This document shows, piece by piece, positions 1-8,177 of a stretch of 27,493 nucleotides of DNA. The translations under genes were made by a program, and so were the position numbers. Source of the stretch: Pseudomonadota bacterium (GTDB lineage: Bacteria > Bdellovibrionota_B > Oligoflexia > Oligoflexales > CAIMVM01); the NCBI GenBank assembly GCA_037142195.1, contig JBAXBA010000046.1, positions 1 through 27,493 on the forward strand, in the 5' to 3' direction. Numbering within the stretch: position 1 is the first letter of the stretch; each line of letters starts with the position of its first letter. Under the pieces are notes generated by a model. The model was not told the DNA's origin. It saw nothing but the letters and a program-made list of their open reading frames with translations, and made no database searches.

Positions 1-900
1 AGTGGCGCAGAGCTTCAAGTTTTAAATCAATTAGGGGGAGCAAGAGTCGATATCGTCAATAGCCCCCTTTCCGAAGCTGCTTGCATGGGATTTGAGTGGG
101 GGTATTCCCATTCCAGCCCAAATTCACTCGTCGTTTGGGAAGCTCAGTTTGGCGATTTTTCCAATGGCGGTCAAATCCATATCGACCAATACTTGGTTTC
201 CAGTGAAGCAAAATGGAAACAAACCTCAGGACTCGTCTTGTTATTACCCCATGGCTACGAAGGCCAAGGGCCAGAGCACTCCAACGCTAGACCAGAACGC
301 TTTCTTCAACTATGTGGTGCCCATAACATCACCGTAGCCATACCCTCCACCCCGGCTCAACATTTTCATATCTTAAGACGCCAAATGCTTCGAGGATTTC
401 GAAAGCCACTCGTAATTATGAGTCCTAAGAGCCTCCTAAGAGATCCAGAAGTCATCTCAAAATCTGCTGAGTTCACATCTGGCTCCTTCCAGCCTTTATT
501 GGACGACCCCAAAAATCCAACCAAAGCTAAAGGAATCGTTTTCTGCACAGGCAAGATTTATTATGACTTAAAGCGAGAACTCGACTCTTCAGGTCAAACT
601 GCGGATGTTGCCCTTGTTCGTGTGGAGCAGCTCTACCCGTTCGACTTGGAAACAGCCAAAGCTATCATCGCTAAGTATAAGTCATGTAAAAAGTTTGTTT
701 GGGCCCAAGAAGAGCCCCTTAACATGGGCGCTTGGACGTATATAAAGGACCACCTCGAGTTAGCCACAGGTGAGAAGGTTACCGCTGTAAGCCGCCCTTC
801 AAGTGGGACAACATCGGAGGGTTCCAACAAAGCTCATCAAGCAGAACAGGCGCGGATCTTAAAGACTGCTATCTCCCTAGCAGCTGGTTCCCTGAAGTAA
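1..900 (+). CDS. sucA: 2-oxoglutarate dehydrogenase E1 component, 5'-truncated by the window
   Basis: Frame is open from base 1 (SGAELQVLN...NSPLSEAACMGFEWGYS). It carries the WEAQFGDF, LLLPHGYEGQGPEHS, RKPLVIMSPKSLLR and WAQEEPLNMGAW motifs. Confidence 0.96.
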   Translation, partial: SGAELQVLNQLGGARVDIVNSPLSEAACMGFEWGYSHSSPNSLVVWEAQFGDFSNGGQIHIDQYLVSSEAKWKQTSGLVLLLPHGYEGQGPEHSNARPERFLQLCGAHNITVAIPSTPAQHFHILRRQMLRGFRKPLVIMSPKSLLRDPEVISKSAEFTSGSFQPLLDDPKNPTKAKGIVFCTGKIYYDLKRELDSSGQTADVALVRVEQLYPFDLETAKAIIAKYKSCKKFVWAQEEPLNMGAWTYIKDHLELATGEKVTAVSRPSSGTTSEGSNKAHQAEQARILKTAISLAAGSLK

Positions 901-971
901 AAAAAAAGAGTAAGCTCACTGTCTATGAGATCTCTAAAGGAGACCTCTAAAAAGAATAAGGCTTACTCCCT

Positions 972-1394
972 ATGACAGATTGTGATTTGTGCAAAAAAAA
1001 TAATAGGAATGGGGATCCGGACCTTTTAACTCGGCGTGGTGACCTCTATTTCTATAAAGGCCCCCTGGCCCACAAATGGCCAGGGCATATCATGCTCGTG
1101 AGCGCGAAACATGTAGAAGAAATGTCTGATTTAAATATGGGCGAAGCAGCCTATGCCTTTCAAGAAATCCTTAGAACTGAGAAATTTCTGCGTAGCTTGA
1201 CAGGAGTGAAGCGCATCAATTTTGTAAAGTTTGGTAATGTATGTTCCCACCTCCACTGGCATATCATACCGCGCTACGAAGGAGAGGCCCATTTAGGTAA
1301 AAATCCTTGGGAGCTTTTGGACGTAGACCAGATTCATTCCCTATCAGTACCTAGAGACCCCTACCCGGCCTTACGTGATGCTTTGCGCTTATGA
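972..1394 (+). CDS. HIT family hydrolase
   Basis: N-terminal CDLC and histidine triad HLHWHIIPR. Its stop overlaps the next ATG (ATGA at 1391-1394). Confidence 0.9.
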   Translation: MTDCDLCKKNNRNGDPDLLTRRGDLYFYKGPLAHKWPGHIMLVSAKHVEEMSDLNMGEAAYAFQEILRTEKFLRSLTGVKRINFVKFGNVCSHLHWHIIPRYEGEAHLGKNPWELLDVDQIHSLSVPRDPYPALRDALRL

Positions 1395-2281
1395 ATCCAA
1401 AACTAGGGGCCTACATTGGACTCACCACTGCCAGCTTTATCTGGGGAATGTCTTTCATATGGACCAAAGATATCTTTAATTATTGGGGTCCGTTTACACT
1501 TTGTTTTTTAAGAATGATTCTTGCTTCGGGATTCATCTTTCTCTATGCGAAATATCGCGGAATCCCTTTGAAAGTATCCCGCGACTATAAAAGTTTTGTG
1601 CTTATGGCTTTTTGCGAGCCCTTCGTCTATTTTATCGGGGAAAGTTACGGTTTAATGGAAGTTTCTCCTGGCATCGCCTCACTCATCATTGGATCCATTC
1701 CCATTTTTTTAGGACTATCTACGATAGTATATGGCAAGGAGCGAGCTAAAAAAGGTTTTTTTATGGGCGCTGTATGTTCTATCTTAGGGCTCATTGTTGT
1801 AAGTTTTGATCTTGAGGGAAATCTACGTTATTCCCTAAAAGGTTTATCTCTTCTTTTTTTAGCTGTCGCAAGTGCTGTGATATACAATCAAGTTATTAGG
1901 AAGCTTTCGGAACATCACCAACCGGAAACCATAGTTTTTTGGCAATCCCTTCTGGGAGCTATGATGTTTTTTCCTTTTTTCCTTGGATTAGAGTTCCAAA
2001 AATTTGCCGCAGGATTTCCCTATGAATTTTCAGTATGGTCTCAATGGATGCTGCTTACAGCATTAGCTTCCACTTGCGCCTTTATAGTCTATAATCGATC
2101 TATAAAAATAATAGGCATGCTGAAGGCAAATATCTTCGTAAGTCTCATACCTGCCTTTGCCCTATTGGCATCCATTTATCTGGGTCTAGACGAATTTAAA
2201 TGGTTTAAAGTCATAGGACTTGCCTTGATGGTCCTAGGTGTGATTAAAGCCAGTCAAAAGCACCAACCGGAGGCCAGCTGA
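1391..2281 (+). CDS. DMT/EamA family transporter
   Basis: 296 aa with about 10 hydrophobic segments in two EamA-like halves. Starts with IWGMSFIW...LRMILA. Confidence 0.9.
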   Translation: MNPKLGAYIGLTTASFIWGMSFIWTKDIFNYWGPFTLCFLRMILASGFIFLYAKYRGIPLKVSRDYKSFVLMAFCEPFVYFIGESYGLMEVSPGIASLIIGSIPIFLGLSTIVYGKERAKKGFFMGAVCSILGLIVVSFDLEGNLRYSLKGLSLLFLAVASAVIYNQVIRKLSEHHQPETIVFWQSLLGAMMFFPFFLGLEFQKFAAGFPYEFSVWSQWMLLTALASTCAFIVYNRSIKIIGMLKANIFVSLIPAFALLASIYLGLDEFKWFKVIGLALMVLGVIKASQKHQPEAS

Positions 2282-3471
2282 TGAAATTTAAAGGCTATCT
2301 ATGCGCACGATTTGTTGCGGTTCTTGCGGCCCAGATTCAAACCGTGGTTACAGGCTGGCAGGTTTATGAAGCAACTCATTCCACATTTAATTTAGGTCTT
2401 GTCGGCCTTGCTTTTTTTCTTCCCTTTATGATTTTTATGCCCTTTGCCGGTGATGCTTCCGATCGCTTTAACCGTGGCAAAATTGCTGGATTTTCGGGTC
2501 TTGTCTTTGGTGTTTTAATCGCCTTACAGAGTGCTTGGCTGTCAAGCCACCCGACTGAAATTTTAGGAACTCTTATCGTTCTCTTTGGGCTCGGAGCTGC
2601 CAAAGCCTACTCATCTGCAGCAAATGGCTCCATGATAAGCCTTCTTGTTCCTAAGCCTCAATTGATGAGAGCCATTACTCTAAATACTGCTATGTACAAT
2701 GTTTCAAGTGTCGCAGGACCAGCAGTAGGAGGATTTCTATATGCAAGACTTGGCGCAGTCCACACCCTTCAAATCGCATCGATGCTTTCGCTTATCGGAG
2801 CGATTTTGTTTCTATGTATTCCAGTTATGAGTTTGAAAGCTGAAATTATTGAGTCCAGACTGCAAAGAATTGTTGCAGGATTTCGCTATATTTGGCGAGA
2901 AAAAGACATTTTAGGTTCCATTTCTCTCGATCTTTTCGCAGTTTTTTTTGGCGGAGCTATGGCCCTCCTCCCTGTTTTTTGTAAAGACATATTGATGGTC
3001 GGGCCGGATGGTTTTGGGATCCTTCGAAGTGCCACAGCTTTAGGTTCGATTCCCATGGCACTTTATTTGGCAAGAAAGCCCCTACAGATAAACCCAGGCA
3101 AAAAGCTTTTTACTGCCGTCAACATTTTTGGTTTTTCCATGATAGGGTTTGGTCTAAGTCGCATTTTTTGGCTTTCTTTTATTTTTCTAGTCATCTCTGG
3201 AGCCGCAGATGTTGTGAGCGTTTATGTCCGCCATGGACTCCTTCAGCTTAAAGTTTCAGAATCTATGAGAGGCCGAGTTACAGCTGCTAATCAGATTTTT
3301 ATTGGAGCGAGCAATGAACTCGGTGAATTCGAGTCTGGCATGGCAGCTACACTCTTCGGCCCTGTGGGCGCTGTCGTGGGCGGTGGCATGGTAACTCTTG
3401 TTTGCGTGTATTTCTGGAAAAAAGCATTTCCAAGCCTAGCGCGCTTGGAAAGATTAAACCCAGAAGATTAA
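2281..3471 (+). CDS. MFS transporter (EntS/DHA3-like)
   Basis: About 12 hydrophobic segments. Motif A-like GDASDRFNRG, plus SLDLFAVFFGGA and MRGRV...FIGASNELGEFESG. TGATG overlap with the upstream gene. Confidence 0.9.
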   Translation: MKFKGYLCARFVAVLAAQIQTVVTGWQVYEATHSTFNLGLVGLAFFLPFMIFMPFAGDASDRFNRGKIAGFSGLVFGVLIALQSAWLSSHPTEILGTLIVLFGLGAAKAYSSAANGSMISLLVPKPQLMRAITLNTAMYNVSSVAGPAVGGFLYARLGAVHTLQIASMLSLIGAILFLCIPVMSLKAEIIESRLQRIVAGFRYIWREKDILGSISLDLFAVFFGGAMALLPVFCKDILMVGPDGFGILRSATALGSIPMALYLARKPLQINPGKKLFTAVNIFGFSMIGFGLSRIFWLSFIFLVISGAADVVSVYVRHGLLQLKVSESMRGRVTAANQIFIGASNELGEFESGMAATLFGPVGAVVGGGMVTLVCVYFWKKAFPSLARLERLNPED

Positions 3472-3519
3472 ACCCAGAAGATTAAACCCAGAAGATTAAA
3501 CCCAGAAGATTAAACCCAG
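3450..3519 (+). repeat. Tandem repeat: 5 perfect copies of the 14-bp unit AAGATTAAACCCAG, spanning the MFS stop codon
   Basis: Copies start at 3450, 3464, 3478, 3492 and 3506. The TAA stop (3469-3471) lies in copy 2. Confidence 0.97.
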
Positions 3520-3672
3520 AAAATGAAATCAACAATACAGCTCCAAGTATAATTCCATTCAGAACGCAGAATATATAAGTCCTTCTAGCAAGAACAAAGC
3601 CCTTAAAGGGACGCACTTGCCTATTTAGTGCTCTTGGAAAAGATAGGATCCATCCAGAATTGCTTAAGGTCG

Positions 3673-3707
3673 AAAAAAAAACCAGCTCATTCGCCGGTTT
3701 TTGTTTT
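3673..3707. terminator. Possible bidirectional intrinsic terminator
   Basis: A-run, CCAGC...GCCGG, then T-runs, lying between convergent genes. The stem is short and imperfect. Confidence 0.4.
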
Positions 3708-3727
3708 ACATGCGATTTTAAAGAAAC

Positions 3728-4957
3728 TTAGTCTTCTAATTCATAAATGTACGGGCCTTGAGTAGAACCAGCAACCTGACCTCCGTCTTTGTCATACCAG
3801 CGTTCCAAAACCTGAATCGAGCTACGAGTCAGTCGGGCCTCTACTGTCAACTTTACGGCACCACGAAAATTCGAAGCGCACCCCTCTGCAGGGGTCTTTC
3901 CCACAAAGTCGCGGCCATCGCGGGTAAAGGAAATACGACACTCGGGGCTCAGCACATCTTCACTACGAGCGGTTCTCATTTCGACTGGTCTATCACACAT
4001 CCCACGAAACTGGGAACTGTCACGCAATGCTAAATATGTTGCCGTAAGTTCATTCTTATCATTTCGTTCCACTCTCAAAAATTTAGTGCGAGTGAATTTT
4101 AAAGTTGGAGTCTCAGCAGACTGATCAATGAGAATGGTCTTACCAGGTCTTTGGCTGATCATAGGCACATCGATAAGGCAGTTATTGTATTGTATCGGCT
4201 GAAAAGCATCAGGAGCCTTTGCAGATTGTTTAAAAGTGTTCATTTTGCCCGTATACCTAGTAGCCACAGCATTGAGTTCGACATCCGTGGATGCTGGATC
4301 CATCTTCTCAAAGTTATAGCCCCCTTTAACAGCTCCCCAAACTTGATTGCCTTCCGCATCCCAACCTCGGTCCCAAGAATACATACCTGTCCTGGAAAGC
4401 CTTACCTTCGAAGATACAAACTTGGCATCGCCATAGTCATTAGGACACTTTGCGCTTTGAGTTTCGCCCACCCAAAGATCATGCTTCTTCTGCATGTAAA
4501 CACTACAATGAACGTCTTTAAGGTCAGACCACTTCATCACCCTCTCATCAGCCTGCTTTGAGCAAAAATGAAGCGCCTGCTCGGGAGAAAGATTGATTTC
4601 GTAAATGGAACTCACGACTCCTCTTCGATTCAAGGAGTCCGGTGACAATTTAATGACCCGCTGCCGATAAGGGGCATCCAGAGACAAACTAAGAGCCTGT
4701 TCCACATAGAGAAATTTACTGGAGCTTATATATCCCGGAGCATCAATTACTGTGATTTGACATTGAGTAACCCTTACATCCACGTAATCGCGATCCAACA
4801 TAGACTGGCGACTAGAATCGATGGTCCCCTCAAGCCGAGCAGCTACATCTTCAAGATCTCGCAAACGACCTACACCGAACTCTCTCGATAAACTTTGGCC
4901 AAAAGAAAAAGTTGAAAGACTCAAAGCTAAAACCAATAATCTAACGTCAAACTTCAT
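3728..4957 (-). CDS. Secreted protein with two tandem CpcT/CpeT (T-type bilin lyase-like) domains
   Basis: Signal peptide MKFDVRLLVLALSLSTFSFG. Domain 1 has LYVEQA...PYRQR and SWDRGWDAEGNQVWG...GGYNF. Domain 2 has the parallel ERWYDKDGGQVAGSTQGPYIY. Confidence 0.82.
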   Translation of the reverse strand: MKFDVRLLVLALSLSTFSFGQSLSREFGVGRLRDLEDVAARLEGTIDSSRQSMLDRDYVDVRVTQCQITVIDAPGYISSSKFLYVEQALSLSLDAPYRQRVIKLSPDSLNRRGVVSSIYEINLSPEQALHFCSKQADERVMKWSDLKDVHCSVYMQKKHDLWVGETQSAKCPNDYGDAKFVSSKVRLSRTGMYSWDRGWDAEGNQVWGAVKGGYNFEKMDPASTDVELNAVATRYTGKMNTFKQSAKAPDAFQPIQYNNCLIDVPMISQRPGKTILIDQSAETPTLKFTRTKFLRVERNDKNELTATYLALRDSSQFRGMCDRPVEMRTARSEDVLSPECRISFTRDGRDFVGKTPAEGCASNFRGAVKLTVEARLTRSSIQVLERWYDKDGGQVAGSTQGPYIYELED

Positions 4958-5597
4958 GTATACCTCTGTCTAAAATTTGCATGTGATTTTTACCATAATA
5001 AAACTGCGCTGACCAATAAAAAACCAGGAATAGGCTCTTCCCTAGACCAATTCGAAGTACTTGAAAATCGAAAGGGTCCACCCTTACTTGGCTGTTTGTA
5101 CTGCCATAGCCTATAAAAATAGCTGCTTATAGACCTATTCGATCGACGAAAAGCAATGAATAGCTTCATAAAGTAAACTTTTAACAGCAATAGTCATCGC
5201 CATTTAGGCGGCCCATGGAGTCCTAGGAAATTTGGACTACCGAGCTTCCCTTGGAAACGTAGCTTGGCATGGCAGAATTTCCCAACTTTCCGTTTAAAAA
5301 AGCCTGTTTAATAGGTGTCGCCCAAGCACCTTCAAATTAGCGGGCATGTTTTAGACAAAAAGCATTCTTGAATGGAATTTTTTTTGGAACAAATAAAGAT
5401 AGTAATATAGAGAAAATCTAGTTGCAAAAGTAGTTTGACCCCTAGCATTGCCTATCCTGACTCATGACGACCAAACTGAAAAGAAACTTTGAATGAGAAA
5501 TTAACATGGATTCTGATTAAAGCTAAAAAAGTGAAAGCAATTAGGAAAAAATTAAAATAGAATATGGGATACAAAAAATTCATTTATCGAGGCGCAA

Positions 5598-6173
5598 GTG
5601 AGTAAGAAAATAGTGGTGATTTTTGCTCATCACAATTTCACCGATTCAAGAATTCAGAGAAGTCTTTTAAATGGCATATCCAACTTGCAAAATGTGGAGA
5701 TACGAGACTTGTATAAGCTCTATCCAGACTATTTTATAGATGCAAAAAAGGAGCAGTCCGCGCTGGCAGCAGCGGATCTAATTGTTTTTCAACACCCTAT
5801 TAATTGGTATTCGTCTCCCGCAATACTTAAAGAATGGCAAGACATAGTTCTTGAATACGGCTATGCCTACGGGGAAAAGGGAACAGCTCTTAAAGGAAAA
5901 GATTTCCTCCAGGTGGTCTCAACAGGAGGCGGCAAAGAGGTCTACCAGCCTACTGGAAATAATCGCTTTAAAATCGAAGAATTTTTGCGCCCCTTCGAAG
6001 CCACTGCCTATCTGTGCGGAATCGTCTATCATAAGCCCTTTGTTGTGCATCAAGCTTACAGAATCTCCGATCAAGAATTGAAAGAAAGAACCAAGGACTA
6101 TGTATCTCTGTTAAAAAGCTATATAGAAAATGGAAACACAGCTCTTGACCCCTTAAACACTCACATTTTGTAG
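5598..6173 (+). CDS. kefG: KefG/KefF-like flavodoxin-fold NAD(P)H oxidoreductase, Kef ancillary protein
   Basis: GTG start after GAGG. DLYKLYPDYFID...EQ...IVFQHPINWYSSPAILKEWQD motifs. Lies directly upstream of the Kef antiporter. kefG versus kefF is not strictly resolvable. Confidence 0.88.
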   Translation: MSKKIVVIFAHHNFTDSRIQRSLLNGISNLQNVEIRDLYKLYPDYFIDAKKEQSALAAADLIVFQHPINWYSSPAILKEWQDIVLEYGYAYGEKGTALKGKDFLQVVSTGGGKEVYQPTGNNRFKIEEFLRPFEATAYLCGIVYHKPFVVHQAYRISDQELKERTKDYVSLLKSYIENGNTALDPLNTHIL

Positions 6174-6181
6174 GTCGCCTC

Positions 6182-7978
6182 ATGAATCATGACATACTCC
6201 TTTTTTTGGTAGTCGTATTTAGCGCCGCACTCATCGCTGTTCCGATTACCACACGTTTAGGCCTAGGCTCAGTAATTGGCTATTTAGTTGCAGGCCTCAT
6301 CATTGGTCCAGAAGGGCTCAAACTCATCAGTAATCCTGAAAATATTCTCCATCTTGCCGAGTTTGGTGTTGTCCTCCTACTGTTCATGATAGGGCTTGAA
6401 CTTAATCCCAAAAACCTTTGGAAGCTGCGTCGCTCTATTTTTGGCTTAGGGACAATACAAGTTGTATTAACGGCATGTGCGGCTTGCCTTTTGCTCACCG
6501 CTATAGGGTGGGATCTTGGACCTTCTCTGGTTGCCGGCTTGGGATTTTCCATGTCTTCTACAGCCATAGTCATGCAGATTGTGGGTGAACGGGGCATAAA
6601 GAATACAACTGTCGGAAAAAGTTCATTCAGTGTTCTACTTTTCCAAGACATCAGTGTTGTTCCCATAATGGTCTTAGTCTCTCTGTTAGCTGTAGACGAA
6701 GTCTCCAAAGGGCCCGAAATTAATCCCATAGCTGCGATTCTTTCCATCATAGGGATCATTGTGGGTGGGCGCTATCTCTCTAGACCTATCTTTAGGTGGG
6801 TAGCTGGAACCAAAAGTCGAGAGGTGTCCCTAGCACTCGCACTTTTAATCGTCGTTGGCATCTCCTATATCATGACCCTCGTAGGACTTTCGATGGCCCT
6901 TGGGGCTTTTTTAGCAGGCGTCATTCTTGCTGAGTCCGAATATCGCCATGAACTCGAGGCCAATATTGAACCCTTTAAAGGAATTTTACTTGGGCTTTTC
7001 TTTCTGGCAGTTGGCATGGGCATTAAAATCACGATCCTATTAGCAAGCCCCCTTCAATTATTAGGATTAGTTACGGGACTGATCGTCCTAAAAATCGTTC
7101 TCCTATCCTTAATTGCTAGATTTTTCGAAGTCGAAGGCCGTGACCGACTTCTACTCGGAATACTTTTAAGCCAAGGCGGAGAATTTGCTTTTGTCTTATT
7201 TAGTAGTGCTCTGAATTCCAAGATTATTTCACCCGAACTCGCGGCACTCTTAAATGGCGCTGTCACGGTGTCAATGCTTACCACTCCTTTGCTACTCATT
7301 CTCTATGACCGCTGGGCAAAGAAATGCGCTATCGATGACGCTAAACCGGAGAACGATAAGATTTCAAATGACGGACACCCAGTCATCATCGCAGGCTTTG
7401 GAAGAATGGGACAAATTATAGCTAGACTTCTCCATCTCAATAAGTTTTCCACCACCATTATCGACCACAGCCCCGACAATATTGAAAGAGTGAGAAGATT
7501 TGGATTTAAAGCATATTATGGTGACGCCACACAATTAGCACTATTAGAGGCTGCAGGCATTCAAGATGCCAAATTATTTGTCATTGCTATCGATGACCGG
7601 GAAAGAATCATTGAAATGGTCGATATTGCAAGAAGTCATTTCCCCAATATACCCATTTTGGCAAGAGCGTTTGATAGAAACCATGCATATGAACTACTGA
7701 AACGAAACGTAACCTATTTTGAGCGAGAAACTTTCGGCTCAGCTTTAAACATGGGCGAGTCTGCTCTTAAAATTCTTGGCATACATCCTTTTAAAGCTCA
7801 CCGAACCGCACTCCATTTCAAGAGATACGACGCGGAGCTTATTCAAAAGCAATTTGCGGTGCATACTGATGAAAAAGAAGTAATCTCTACATCTAGGGCT
7901 GCTCGTGAACAGCTGGAAAAGCTGTTCATGGAAGATTCGATTCTGTTCGCGGACAATAGTTCGTCAAACTGGGATTGA
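6182..7978 (+). CDS. kefB: Glutathione-regulated K+ efflux antiporter (KefB/KefC, CPA2 plus KTN domain)
   Basis: AEFGVVLLLFMIGLEL, HELEANIEPFKGILLGLFF, LSQGGEFAFV and Rossmann motif IIAGFGRMG. kefB versus kefC is not strictly resolvable. Confidence 0.92.
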   Translation: MNHDILLFLVVVFSAALIAVPITTRLGLGSVIGYLVAGLIIGPEGLKLISNPENILHLAEFGVVLLLFMIGLELNPKNLWKLRRSIFGLGTIQVVLTACAACLLLTAIGWDLGPSLVAGLGFSMSSTAIVMQIVGERGIKNTTVGKSSFSVLLFQDISVVPIMVLVSLLAVDEVSKGPEINPIAAILSIIGIIVGGRYLSRPIFRWVAGTKSREVSLALALLIVVGISYIMTLVGLSMALGAFLAGVILAESEYRHELEANIEPFKGILLGLFFLAVGMGIKITILLASPLQLLGLVTGLIVLKIVLLSLIARFFEVEGRDRLLLGILLSQGGEFAFVLFSSALNSKIISPELAALLNGAVTVSMLTTPLLLILYDRWAKKCAIDDAKPENDKISNDGHPVIIAGFGRMGQIIARLLHLNKFSTTIIDHSPDNIERVRRFGFKAYYGDATQLALLEAAGIQDAKLFVIAIDDRERIIEMVDIARSHFPNIPILARAFDRNHAYELLKRNVTYFERETFGSALNMGESALKILGIHPFKAHRTALHFKRYDAELIQKQFAVHTDEKEVISTSRAAREQLEKLFMEDSILFADNSSSNWD

Positions 7979-8177
7979 GAATTTCAACATAGAGGCTTAG
8001 GGATCTAGGGCGTCCCATGTAATGGGCAAGCCATCTATAGTTTTTGCAAACTATGATTTCTAGATATTTTAGACGAAATCTCAGCTTTGTTTTTCAAAAA
8101 ATACAGGGGCACTACCCCAGCGGTTTCCTTGATGCCCTGCAAGACTTCAAGCTTGTGCGCAAGGCAAAAACCTATTG

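Noticed and set aside
3450..3519. CRISPR array
   Set aside because: The 14-bp units are head-to-tail with no spacers, and there are no cas genes in the window.
3590..3625. c-di-GMP-I riboswitch-like GGGACGCA motif
   Set aside because: It lacks the GGCAAA...GAAA stem and the GCAAAG continuation, and it lies between convergent genes.
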